Positions 24,903-37,531 of a DNA stretch of 64,000 bases are shown in pieces (positions within the stretch are counted from its first letter, which is position 1; every line of letters starts with the position of its first letter). Source of the stretch: Vicugna vicugna (taxonomy: Eukaryota). The stretch is from positions 186,001 to 250,000 of the forward strand of contig MU058221.1 of assembly GCA_013265495.1 (NCBI GenBank), in the 5' to 3' direction. The notes under the pieces are model-generated. The model saw only the letters and a list, made by a program, of their open reading frames with translations. It had not been told where the DNA came from and made no database searches. The position numbers and the translations under genes were made by a program.

Positions 24903-27011
24903 CTTTTTTACAAACACTTAACATGAGATATACCCTCTTAACAAAATTTTAAGCGCACAGTTAATTGTAAACACAATGTTGTACAGCAGATCTCTAAAAT
25001 GTTTTCTATTTAATTGACACCTTTTTACCTGTTGTACATGAACTCCCCATTCTTCCTCCTCCCAGCCCCTGGCAACCATGATTTTCCTTTCTGCCTCTAT
25101 GACTTTGGCTCTTCTTGATACCTCATGTAGGTGGAATCATGCAGTATTTATCCTTCTGTGACTTAGCATAATGTCCTCAAAGTTCATCCATTTTGTCCCA
25201 TGAAGCAGGAGTTCCTTCTTTTTAAAAGCTGAATAATATTCCATTGTATGTACATACCACATTTTCTTTACTGGTTCATTGGACAATGGACATTTAGGTG
25301 GTTTCCGCATCTTGGCTATTGTGAATAGTGCTGCGATGAATGCAGGAGTGCAAATATGTCTTCAAGATCCTGTCTTTTTAATTCTTGTGGATAAATGCCC
25401 AGAAGTGGGACTGTCAGATCATATGGTAGTTTTATTTTTAATTTTTTGAGGGACTTCCATACTGTTTTCCATAGCAACTGTGCCTTTTCACATTCCCACC
25501 AACAGTGTGCAAGCTTTCCAGTTTCTCTGTAACCTTGCCAACCCTTGTTGACTGTTGATTGACTGATCGATACTGGCCACCCTAACAGCTGTGAAGTGAT
25601 ATGTCATTGTGATTTGGATTTGCATTTCCCTGATAAGATCAGCGATGTTGAGCATCTTTCACATACCCATTGGCTTCTTTGGAGAGGGTCTATTCAGATC
25701 TTTGCCCACTTCAGAATTGAGTTGTTTGGCTTTGTTGTTGGTGGTAGTTTTGTCATTGAGTTGTAGCAGAACCTTATATATTTTGGATACTGATCTCTTA
25801 TCAGATACACGGTTTGCAAAAATTTTTTCTCTTTTCATAGGTTGCCTTTTCACTCTGTGGATTGTCTCCTTTGCTGCACAGAAGCTTTTTAATTTGATGC
25901 AGTCTTACTTGTCAATTTTTGATTCTATTTCCTGTGCTTTTGGCATCATATCCAAGAAATCTTTGCCAAGAACAATGTCATGAAGATTTTTCCTTTACAT
26001 TTTCTTTTAAGACTTTTACAGCTCATAATCTTACATTTAAGTGTTTTACATATTTTGGGTTGGTTTTTGTGTATGGTGTAGGATAAGGGTCCAATTTCAT
26101 TCTTTGGTGTGTGGATATCCAGTTTCCCCACCACTGTCTGTTGAAGAGACTATTCTTTCCCACTGTGTATTCTTGGCATCTTTGTCAAAGATCAGTTGAC
26201 CATACATGTGTGAGTTTATTTCTGGATTCTCTATTCTTTGTCATTGTGCTACATGGTCTATATGTCTGTCTTTACGGAAGTAACATACTGTTTTGATTTC
26301 TGTAGTTTTGTAATATGTTTAAAAATTAGGAGATGTGATGCCTTCAACTTTGTTTTCTTTCTTAAAATTGTTTTGGCTCTTCAAGGTGCTCTGTGATTCC
26401 ATATGAATTTTAGGATTGTTTTCTTGTTTCTATAAAAGGTGCCACTGGGATTTTAAAATGGATTGGTTTGACTATGTAGATTGTTTTGGGTAGTTATGGA
26501 CATTGTAACAAAATTGTCTTCCAATTCATGAACACAGGATATCTTTCCATTTATTTGTGTCTTCTTCAATTTTTTTTCATCCGTGTTTTGTGATTTTCAG
26601 TGTATAAGTCTTTTACCTCTCTGATTAAGTTTATTCCCAAGTATTTTTTTCTTTATGATGGATTGTTCTCTAAATTTTCTTTTTGGATTGACAATTGTTA
26701 ATGTGTAGAAATGCAACTGATTTTTGTATGTTGCTTTTGTATTCTGCAATTTTTAAAATTTTATTTATTCTTTCTAACTGTGTGTGTGTGCATGTGCGTG
26801 TGTGTGTGTTTTTATTCTTTAGAGTTGCTATATGTAAGATCATATCATGTGCAAATAATGACAATCTTATTTCTTCCTTTCTGATTTGGATGTCTTTTAC
26901 TTCTTTACTTTGCCTGATTGCTCTAGCTAGGCCTTTCAGTACTGTGTTGAATAAGAGAGGTGAGAGTGGATCTGTCTTGTTCTTGATCTTAGAGAAAAAG
27001 CTTTCAGCCTT
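24903..27011 (-). mobile_element. L1 3'UTR and ORF2 fragment
   Basis: Minus-strand peptides PLSPLLFNTVLKGLARAIRQ...LSLFAHDMILHI and [14 protein letters not shown]. Confidence 0.9.
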
Positions 27012-27660
27012 GCCTCCGTGCAGCCCCACCTCTCTTCTCATGAGAACACAGCAACAATGGAGTAAAGGGGAGAAAGCAGCTATGGCGTGGCTGCATTGCA
27101 CCTCTCCCCAACCCATACCAACAGTGGTGCTTTTTTATGGGCATCCCAGGCTGTTCGGTTCCACACACACCTCCAGCCAGAGCTCACTCCACCCTCCAGT
27201 CCCCTGAGGCTGCCTCTGTGCAGAGGGCCCCTGCCCTCTGCCTGGGCTCCTAACCGATCTCCAGCAGCCAGTCCTGGCTTGTCCCTGCCAGCTCACTTCT
27301 AGGGCCAGGATGGCAGGGATCCTCTGTGTCAGTTTCCATTAGTTCTGTCTGCCAAGCGGTTATCACTTTCTTCTTGGAGCCTCAGAAGTTCTTCTTCGGT
27401 CCCCACTGACCTCCCAGCTGGAGAGGGTGTGTGCCAGCATGAGGGTGCCTTTGTCCCATGCTGCGCCCTCCCTGCAGGACCTGTCCTGCACTGATTTGTT
27501 TTTCTTACCAGATTTTGTGAGAATCCTGTATTTTGAAATGAGGGACACTCTGCCAGCGTTCAGCAGGTGTTCTGTGCGATTCAGTGGGTTTGTAGAAGTA
27601 ATTCTTGGTGTATTTGTGGGAGAGGGCGAGCTGTGAGTCTCTCTACTCTGCCATCTTGGT
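27012..27660 (-). mobile_element. L1 5'UTR fragment sitting inside another L1
   Basis: Minus strand starts CCAAGATGGCAGAGTAGAGAGACTCACAGCTCGCCCTCTCCCACAAATACACCAAG. Confidence 0.7.
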
Positions 27661-29956
27661 TCAACTCTCCTTGTCGTTTCTGTTTGCATGAAATACCTTT
27701 TCCCATCACTTTCAGCCTTACCTATCTTTGGTTCTAAAGTGAGTTTCATCGGCAGCCTATATAGATAGGTCTTTTTTTTTTTTCAATAAGCCAGTCTACG
27801 CCTTTTGATCGGAACATTTAGTCCATTGACATTTAAAGTATTTCTTCGTGGGTGTGTATTTATTGCCATTTTATTACTTGTTTTCCAATTGCTTTTGTAG
27901 TTCTTCTCTGTTTGTTTCTTCTTTTTGCTTCTTCTCTTATGGTCTGATGATTTTCTCTAGCAGTACACTCGTGTTCCTCTATTTTAGTTTTTGTATGCCT
28001 ATTGCAGGTTTTCGATTTGTGGTTATCATGGGGGTTCACAAGTGTTGGCCTATAACTGTATCCACTGACTTTAACCAGGTGTTCATTTAAATTCAAACAC
28101 ATTTTAAAATATCTCCATTTTTCATTCCTCTCTCCGACATTTTGTGATTTTAATGTCATATTTTACATCTTCATTTTTACCCCTGAACTGTTTGTTACAG
28201 TCACATTTGCACTTTACACTTTGTGCTGCGTATTGACGTCATGACCCTCTGTCTTTGCTCAACATTGGCTCCCTTCTTGTCTGCCAAGAAGTCAGCTGAC
28301 AGCCTTATGAGGACGCCATTGTATGTGACTGTTTTTCTCCTGCTGCCTTTGGAATTTTCTCTGTATCTTCTGCTTTTCCCATTTTAATTATGATACGCCT
28401 TTGTGTGTGTCAGTGCTCATCTTGCTTGGAATACTATGTTTCCTGTACATGGATATCTGTTTACTTCTCTGAGTTTGGGAAATTTTCAGCCATAGTCATC
28501 TCAAATACGTTTTTGATTCCCCCTCTCTCTTTGTATTCTGAGATCCGTATAATGTGAATGTTGGAATGCTTAATGTTATCCCAGAGATCTCCAAAATGGC
28601 TTTTATTTTTAAAAATTTGTTTTTATTTCGGCTGTTCTGACTGGTTGATTTCTTTTACTGTATCGTCCAGATCACTTGCGCATCCCTCTGCATCACTTAG
28701 TCTGCTGTTCATTCCTTCCAGTGTGCTTTTTATCTCAGCTATTGGATTTTCCACATCTGACTGGGCATTTAATAAACAATCCGTTCCTTGTTGAAGTGTT
28801 CGCCGTGTACATCAGTTCTCTTCGCTAATGAGGTGATGTTTTCATTGCCAGTGCTTGGTAGGTGGTGCAGCTGGAGATGGCAGGGCTAGAGCTGGCACCA
28901 CGTGTGGGGTGCTCCTTCCTTTCTGCTCGTGGTCATCACCACTCTACCCGGGGTGTGAGGCCTCATTCCTCCTTGTGGGAGCAGAAGCCCTGAGGATCAG
29001 GTTGAGCTGGCTCTGTTCCCGTTAAGTGTATGTTTTTGCCTCTCCCTGCACCTAGACCCTTGCCCCAGAGGAAGTCAAATGAGGCCCTTGTGCCAACAGA
29101 GGTCCAGCGTGCTCCCTACGCAGGTGCTCACGAGTCTGCTTAGATGCAGCTTTTGGATGCAGGTACTGTTTGTCACTTACAGTGATTACTGCCCTTAGCC
29201 TCTGCCACCCCACCGTGTTGTGGAGCCACTTCACGTGGGCTCTCAGCATGTACTGGAGGGTGAGTGGCTGCCATTAGAGATTGGGTTGCTTCTGAGGTGC
29301 TGCTTGAATAAGCACCACCAACAGCCTCTGCCACCTCACCCACACTCTGCCCCAGGATCAGGTCTCTGCATCCTACTTCCCATGGTTGAGTCTCTTCCCA
29401 GCTGTGGCTTCCCCAGATCCAGTGCCATGTTGTGATGTGTAGTGAGTGGGGCTGGTGCACTCGCTTGGCTCAGGTTGGGGCACAGTGTGAAACGGTCACG
29501 GGAAACCAGCAGCTGCTAGAGCAGACCTCCCTCCTCCCTGCCGTGGGGTTTAGCCAGTGCTTGTGTGCTCCGCAGGAGCAGAGGCCAGCCTTCCCACAGC
29601 CATTCTGCTGGTCCCAGCAGTCCTCCAACCAGCCGACAGGGCTTGTGTCCTCTGCATAGGACCCCAGGACTGGGGCGCCCAGTCTGGCTTGAACTGCTCA
29701 CTCCCCGGGGGGGTGTTTGTCCATGTAAGCTCCCTTTTCCTCTGAGTCCCCTCCCAGGGGCACAGGTCCTCACCTGATCACTTTTCTTCCCCTTCTAGTC
29801 AATGACATGTGTATCTTTCTTACAGCTTTGGTTGTGCGAGTGTCCTTCTGCTAGTTTCCAGTTAGTTTTCGTTGAGAATTGTTTCACATGTAGATCTATT
29901 TTTTTGATGTGTTTGTGGGGGGAGGTGAGCTCCTCATCCTCTTACTTCATCTCGTC
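27661..29956 (-). mobile_element. L1 5' half (EN start, ORF1, 5'UTR)
   Basis: EN-like sequence 27661-27900, ORF1-like region ~28250-28800, 5' end GAGGATGAGGAGCTCACCTCCCCCCACAAACACATCAAAA on the minus strand near 29900-29950. Confidence 0.8.
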
Positions 29957-32900
29957 TAGAAGTGAGAGTACAGAGGTGCTAGGACTATAGAAATAGCCAG
30001 GGCTATTTCTGAAAAAAGTCAGTATTTCCTAAAAGCTTAGCTAATAACTTTCATGCCTTCACTGAGACAGGGTCTTCACAAAACTTTCTATGTTCCTCCA
30101 TACCTTTTAGCACATGGTCCTTCTCATTCATGAACGATTGAAAGCCTGTAGGTTAGAGTACAAAGGAAAAAAAACAAAAAAACCAAACAAACTCCCTTGT
30201 GGAGTTTCAAAGAGTTAAACAAAGGGAAGGAAAGTTAGCTATGTTGACTGGATTTTTGATTCTAAGAATGTGATCCCAGAGAGGTTTGGACCCACACTGA
30301 TAGCACAGTTATGGATTTTGAATATTTATTGATTTTAACCTGTCTAATCATCTTTTAATCATGTTTTTCCTGTTCTCAGAAAGCTCTGCAGATCAAGAAA
30401 CTCACTGAACTACCAATGAGCTATTCGAATAGCTTAGCTAGGCAGCAGCTAATAGCTTAGACCTCCTGTCACCAAGGAAGAGTGCTCTGTTTCCCTCTGC
30501 GCTCCATCCTTGTATTTAATACTTGCTTGGCAGAGCTGATGGCATTCCACGGCCCTGATTCTTGACGGCCAGCCTAAGACTGACAGTTTCCATTTCCACA
30601 AATACTTTGGTAGCTAACAGAAATAAGAACACCTTATGATATCTGCCTGAATAGTTTCCTCCTCACCCTAGGGAGATGTTCACCTTCAGTTGCAAAATAA
30701 GGCAAACCTGGTTCTCATGCATTCCCTGGACATAGCACTGCGAAGTCGGGCTGCTGATTTGGTCCAGCTTTGCTTGACATGTGCACAATAACCCTTCATT
30801 TTTTTCTCACCAGAAACCTGAGCTTGGCTGCAGCCAGGATCCCTTATTGCACTCTGTGTGGATGTCGTGGAACTCTGAGCATTCAGCAGCAATGACTCTG
30901 GAGTCCCATGTCTCTTCAATGGATTCATCTCCAGAAATTCGTCTTTCTAATGTCTGCTGTTCTGAATCTGTGCAGAGCTATGATGACTTTAAGTGTTCAT
31001 CAATTAATGTCGAAACTCAGTGTAATACCTTCACAACTGCTTTTGACAGCCACTGGAACACAAAATGCAATCACTGACGATCAGCTCTCGGGCAGAAAGA
31101 CTCAGCAATTTGTGATGACAAGACGTCATTTAAGCTTAGCTGGTAAAATATGCATGGGTTTTTAAAACGGGGGTTAAAAAAACCTGAACACAAAGTAAAA
31201 TGAGGAGGGCACAAAGAACAGTCACATATTTTGTGGACCCTGGAACTTTTTTTTTTCAAATTTAGAAGTTTTCTTTTAGTTACCTGCAGTTTACTGTGGT
31301 ACTTGTTACAGAGAGAAATTCAGAGGCCTCTCTGACGTTCTAACTCTCCCTGAAGTCATAGTTTGTTAATGTTTTCATGGTTCCGATAGAAATGCGGCCA
31401 TTGCTTTTGGTTGCACGTGCTTCAGATCAGTTCTGTGCTGTGCGGTTCCACGGAATGGGCTTACTTCCTGCTGGGGCCAGAGCAATAATGCACGTCTGTT
31501 CCCGTGCACATTCACACGTGCCCGAGTCCTGCTTTACTACACTCACGTCACGAACCGACGGGGCCTTGAAACTACCAGTCTGGACCCAGTCAGCTCAGGA
31601 GAGGTTTTCAGTGGCCCAGGGCCGAGTGTTTGTGCCTCAGCCCCAAGCAAGACTGCACGGATTTCTGTCTCTTCTACACGGGAAGTGCAAAATCCTTTTT
31701 GGGGGAGGGTACACAGAATCTCTAACTTTAATTTTGATAGACAGGTGCATGCATCACTGTTGTTTCATGGAGACTACATATGGTCAAGCAGATACTGCCA
31801 ACACTTTTAAACATTGTTTTTCTGATACAATCCCCAAATGCCGGTATATGCACATTCCTACCAACATTATTTCCAAAACTCTCACCTGATTTCACTATGT
31901 CCGGCTAGCTCACTGGGACCCCTACGTGAGGGCACAGTCTTTGGTGTGCTGTAGGAGGCCCACTGGGGTTTGACTTCCGCCTGTCTTCACAGTCTCCTCT
32001 CGTCATGAGCTCTAATGCTAGACGTTACCGTCAGTTTTGGCTTTCTGAGCAGTCTGTGCTTCCTCCGTCACACTTCCAAGCTCCTCACAGTGTGGCACAG
32101 TGCTCTCTCTGTGTGGAGCGCCCTTTCCCTCCTTGTCATCCCGAAAGACTCCTTCTCAGTGTTAGGTTGAGCTCTTTCTCCTCTGTGCTCCTGCAGCACT
32201 TAACTTTCTCTCACAGCCTTTATCGCATTTGCACCTTTACCCTCAGCACGTAGGAATGAAGCCAGTTCATGACGAGAGCTCAATACTTGCCTGTTAAGTG
32301 AGTGAGTGAGATGATGAATGGATGACTGAGAACAGATGTTACACAGTCCTTGCCTTTCCCCCATTTTATTCCTAATCTTAACAGGGAAAACTGAGTTCTC
32401 ATGAAGCTAATTCAGAGTCACAGAGTCCTAGTGCAGGAAGAGATCTTAAAGGCTCGCAGATTATACTGTGTCTCCAGATACCAGCAGAGTCTATTGACTA
32501 CAGCAGATAGAGCCAGTCATGTGTGCTAAGCTGGGTAGCTGGTTAGTATTCAATTTGATTTCGGATTAACTTAAAGCTCCTTCTGCTCTTCTGTCTCCAG
32601 TATCGAATGCCTACAGTGTCTCTACCAACAGGTACAATGAACATGCAGATAGGCTCACTAATTTCTCGAGATGTGTTGCATGGAACGTGTCTCATAAGAT
32701 GCTTGCTAAGTACGGGACTCTGTGGACAAACTCACCTTGTGGGCTGTGCCGACTGCACCAGCCCATGCCCGTTCAGATCTCCCAGGAAGCAAAGGCAAAA
32801 ATGGGATCAGATGCACAAGACATTTATTTAAAAAACACCTGAAGAGTAAAGGGAAAGAAGCAGGCACAGGTGGGAAAGGAGAGGTAGAAAGGAGGAGGAT

Positions 32901-35283
32901 TGGGTGTAAAGAATCTCAGATTGCAGTGCAGTGCCAAGGAAGCTTCAGGGAGGATGGGCACTCTAGAGCTTGGTCACTTGTTAGAAGAGCCCCGTGTCCC
33001 ACAGAAACGGACTGCGCTTGTGCCCACACTGTGCACGACCAGGAGAGAATGTAGCCTCAGCACAAAGGAGGTGACAGATCCAGAGGGCTGGCAGCTGGGG
33101 CTGTCAGTCAGCTTTGCTCCCTGCAGCAGATCTGAGAGACACATTTTCATGGCTGTTGTACAGGCTCTGTCCTAAAGGTCCTTTTATATACCATTTCACT
33201 TGACCTTTATGACATTGCCTATAAAAGTGTTAAGTCCTATTATCTGCATTTCACAAGGCATAGGGAGGCTAAGTAAGTTGCCCCAAACCCAAGCCGCAGA
33301 GCTGGAATTGGAGACTAATCAGTCTGGCCCCAGAGACAGTGATCTTGACCACAGCATTACGTTGTCTCACAGTGTCCCGTTTTGGAGAGTCATCATATAA
33401 CTTCCTCATGCTCCGCTCCATCCTACTGCCGTATCAACTTCTTATTTCATAATATGTATAAGCATAATCAAGGCTTTGAGAGTTCTCCAGTAAAAAGGAA
33501 TGTCTAAGTTTGTTTAGCCCAGTGCTTTCCAAATTTATTTACCTATGGAACCCACAGTCCATGGTCCTGTATTGTCTAGAACACATTTGGGAAAATGCAC
33601 CCAGTTTCAAATGATTAGCAACAGATTCTTTCCAAAAGCAGGGCTCTACAGGAATCAGAGGAGATACTGCGAAGGCTTAATGCCTGGGTGGCAGAGGTAG
33701 AATGTCCTAAGGCAAAGGGAGAAGAAGATCGAGACTTCAGACCTCAGTCCCTCCGCTTCTGGCAGGGGTGGCTTGGTTTGCTGACCACTTACCCTCAAGT
33801 GTTTCAGCCGACAGCCGTGGACAACGGTACCCGCTTGCCGGTGTTATTATTTAAATCAAGTATGAATCTGTACACAGGTGCTTATCCCAGTGCCTGGCAG
33901 ACAGAATAGCGGCCGTCAAATACCAATTTTCTTCCTTGGTTTTCCCTCCAAGAAGGACCGAGTGCATTTAATCTACCCCTTAGCTGGCGGCCACTTTCTC
34001 AGTGACAGCTGTCTGCCCGAGCAATGTGTAGTAACTCTTTGCTCCAGGATATTCACGAAGAAAATTAATTGGAAACAATTTTTCTATTAAGAAAGGAATC
34101 AGAGGAAAATTGCTGTGGCGTTGAGGGAAGACCCATGTATGGACTTTCAGTTAAAATCTAAGAGGATCTGTCTTTTAACATGTCCTTGCGAGGACAGGAG
34201 AGCTTAGAAGGTCGGCTGTAGCCCTGCTCGCTTTCCTCCGACCGTGGGAGCAGAAGCTGAACACCCGGGGGCGGGAGGGCGGACGGCAGAGGAACCCGGC
34301 TCCGGGGAGGGGGTGGGCGGGGTGGGGGTGCTGCGTTCCCTCCGCCCCCCGCTGGTGCCCTGCTGACAGTCTCTGAGCGGTAGGACTCCGCACTGAGGGG
34401 GTACGGCCCTGGAGACGTGGTCACCTGCCACTTTTCTGGTGTTTTCCCTGTGATCCCGACGGTAGAAGATAGTCTGTTAGGCCTTTGCTTCCCCAAGGAG
34501 ATGTCAGTCCCTTCTCCCTGCCGGGCTCATGAGGGACGCTCTGGGAGAGCTTTTCCTCCTCTAGCCCTCTTTCTTCTTTCAACTTTCCGCATTTTGCCTC
34601 CTGCTTTGCCCCTGGTCTGGCTGCGTTCTTCGTGCTGACCTGTCTTCTTTGTTTCTCCTTCATTCTCTGCGCGCGTTTCCCCTCCTTCCCCTTCCTCCTG
34701 CTGTGCCTGTGCTGCTGTTTGAGCACCTGTGGTCTTTCCGGGCTGGCCGGGGGCGGAGATGTTCTATGCCAAGGGGCAAGGGCTGGCTGGCTCTGAATTA
34801 CCAGTCTGTGCCTGGATCTGGCCTTTACGGCTTTTCTGGCACAAAGACACAGATATGTGACCAATCCCTTCCCTCCAACCTAAAAAAAAAACAAACAAAG
34901 CCAGATTTCATTTTTGAGCCCTGCAAACTCTCTCCTTTGATTAAAAATCTTTTGTTTTTCAGACATAGCAGGTTTACCTTTGTTCACCTTTTGCCTTGAA
35001 ATTCCACGGATCCCCCAAGGCTCAGTACTCGTGCTGCTCCACGTGGCGACTTCCCCCAGTGTCCCTGCCGGAGCCAGTTCCTCTCTCCTCTTTGTTCTCA
35101 GGGCACTTTTTGGGGGGCGGGGCTTCCCTAGTGGCCCTCTGCCTCGGTCAGTTTGCATGGCAGGTGGCTTTTATGTCCTTCTCTGGGGAACTGTCAGTTC
35201 CTTCGGGGCACCGTCTTTAAATCTGCAGCACCTGGCTCAGCCAGGTATTTTGGAAAGAGCCATGATTCTCCAGTTTCAGTGGC

Positions 35284-35750
35284 TGAGAGATAGAATGTAT
35301 CAATGGACAATGGCCAGTCCGTATATGACAATAGAACCTGACCCACATTTCTGAAGCAACCAGCCTGGGAAACCAAACCACGACTTCTACAGCCATCAGC
35401 CCAGAACAGTTAGAACTTGGTCAATTAACTGCCAGCTTCACTATTTTTTTTTTTTGCCCCCACCTCCAACCTAAAATCAACCAGAGAAAGTGAAATGTGT
35501 TTCCAAATCAATCATACGGATGTTTCACTTCTAGTTAGGCTCCAACAGCTTCCCCATGTCTGTAACTTCCAATCAGGATATGCCTTAAGCCTTTCTTTTC
35601 TCCCCCCACGATAAAGCTCTCCCACCCCTCTGCCTGCCCTGGAGCCTCTGTCAGATGTTAGTGATGATGGCTGATTGCCTTGCTATAGCAAGCTCCAAAT
35701 ATTAAACCGATGCTTGTTTTCGTTTGGATGGTCTTCATTTATTTCCACAC
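35284..35750 (+). mobile_element. ERV1-class solo LTR (subfamily uncertain)
   Basis: TG...CA ends, CCAAT-like boxes, TATA-like GATAAAGCT, 3' end CTTGCTATAGCAAGCTC...CTTCATTTATTTCCACA. Confidence 0.75.
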
Positions 35751-36092
35751 AGCATGAGAATCACGCAGAGAGCTTGTTAAAACAGATGGCCAAACTGAAT
35801 CACCAAGATGCTAATGCAGTAGGCACGGGGCGGGGGCTGAGACCCTGCCTTTCTAATGAGCCGCTGGACAGTCCTGAGTAGCACCAGGATGGAGGCTCGG
35901 GTAAAGGGATGCCATCATGAAATACGAATCTACGTTCTCCCTGCTCCACATTTCTTTCCCCTTTCCTCTGCCCCGTTCGCACAGAGTGGCTGTCCTGCGT
36001 TCAGCATCTCAGGGCAGAAATGAAGAAGCAGCCAGGAGACACTCAGGGGCTTTACTCCTGTTCTTTTCTCCCACAAAATTCAAGCTTTTAGG

Positions 36093-36752
36093 ACAGTGGT
36101 TCTCAACTTGGTTCTCAATTTTTCTTCCAGCAGGAACATTTAACATTTCTGGTTGTCACAGCTAAGAGGTATCAAGTAGGCATGTGTAGATGCTGCTGGA
36201 CATCTGTGTGGGAGGAAAACTTTTCCTTTCTTCCCTTCTGGTTTCTTTGGTTGATCTAATAATTTAACTGCCATGAGAAAAAAACAAGTTTGTTTATTTA
36301 TTTTTTAATTTGAGACTCAAATAAGTGACCAAAGCAGGCAGCTTTTATACCTTTTAGACAAAGAAACACATTTATTAAGAATTGGTAGACAGAGAAGTTT
36401 GGGCCTGGGGGCAGTAAGTCAGTGAGGAAGTCACAAGGCCTGTTCACACAGCCTCTGGGCCCTAGACCCCCGTTTCCGGGGACGAGCTTGCCTCTGCCTC
36501 CGGGTGTGGGGATGCTGCTTTCACACGGGGTGTTCCTTTCCTCCGTCTGCGGGGCGAAGGCAAGTCAGGGAGTCCTTCCTGCACTGGTTGTTCCTTAACT
36601 AACTTTAATTCAAAATAATCAGTATGCCAGAATGGCACACTTTGGAGTGGCCTGTTCTGCTCCCCTCCACATCGTGCAACCCAAAGGACAGGCCCCCACT
36701 GCAAAGAATGGTCTGGTCCAGAATGTCAATGGTGTCAAGATTGGGAACCCCG
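36093..36752 (+). mobile_element. MER20 MITE interrupted by an LTR
   Basis: CAGTGGTTCTCAAC...GATGCTGCTGGACATC, then ...AGGACAGGCCCCCAC...AATGTCAATGGTGTCAAGATTGGGAACCCCG. Confidence 0.75.
36205..36669 (-). mobile_element. ERV1 solo LTR inserted in MER20
   Basis: TG...CA ends with a perfect 4-bp TSD CATC (36201-36204, 36670-36673). Minus strand begins TGGAGGGGAGCAGAACAGGCCACTCCAAAGTGTGCC. Confidence 0.82.
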
Positions 36753-37531
36753 GATACAGAAAGAGGCACAAACAGAAGGTTCAGGAGCAGTAAGGGCTCC
36801 CCCCAAATCCTAAGGTTTCCTAGGTTGGGGGATCTGCAGTAGAAACAGGGAAAAAGATAAGAGCAGAGACACGTGTGGGGGGTGTGTCCCTGTAGGGGCC
36901 TTTGTACCGTGTTTCTTGGGCAAACCTGCGGGGAGGCAGAAGGGCGTAGAGGAGGAGGCTGCATGTGGAGTATGGATCAAGATGGACAGTTGGACGGCCT
37001 CGCTGCCCACACCAACTCCAAAGCTGCAGTTGTATGTGAGCACGGAAGTGAGAGAGAAGGAGTTGTTCAGGGTGAGCGTGCCGGTGAGAGGAGGAAGGGG
37101 CACCTCAGGGCCAAGCGGAGGACGAATGACAGGGCCAGATGGGAGGGCTTTTTGGAGAACAGCTGGCATAGAGAGTCAGAGATGGCTCCCTCCCCTTGCC
37201 TTGGACTTTTAAAGCCCCTGAAACTTAGATGCAGCCCTCGGAAGAGTGGCCTGATGGACCTGAGCGGGAGAGATTAATTTACCGTAGAATAAGAGGCTGT
37301 GGAAGGCGAATCTTCCTGTATTTTTTATTATTCGTGGATCATCTGCTCTGCTCCAGAAACTTTGTATGTGTAGTCATGATAGAATTAATAAGTATGAATA
37401 TTAAAAACTATTATTAATAGGATCCAAAATTTAAAAAAACTTGAGTTAAGAAACTGAATATTTCCTACACATCTTGAGTTTTGATCTGAACTCCTGATAA
37501 TCAAAACCATCTACCCCCATTCAGCATGGAC

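Noticed and set aside
27001..27719. 11-bp direct repeat CTTTCAGCCTT as a TSD for the L1 5'UTR fragment
   Set aside because: The second copy is ~50 nt inside host L1 EN sequence rather than at the junction; probably coincidental.
30690..31180. Possible piggyBac end (GGGTTAA at ~31171-31177) with acidic minus-strand peptide
   Set aside because: No matching TTAACCC left end found; the plus-strand exon reading with splice sites and phase fits better.
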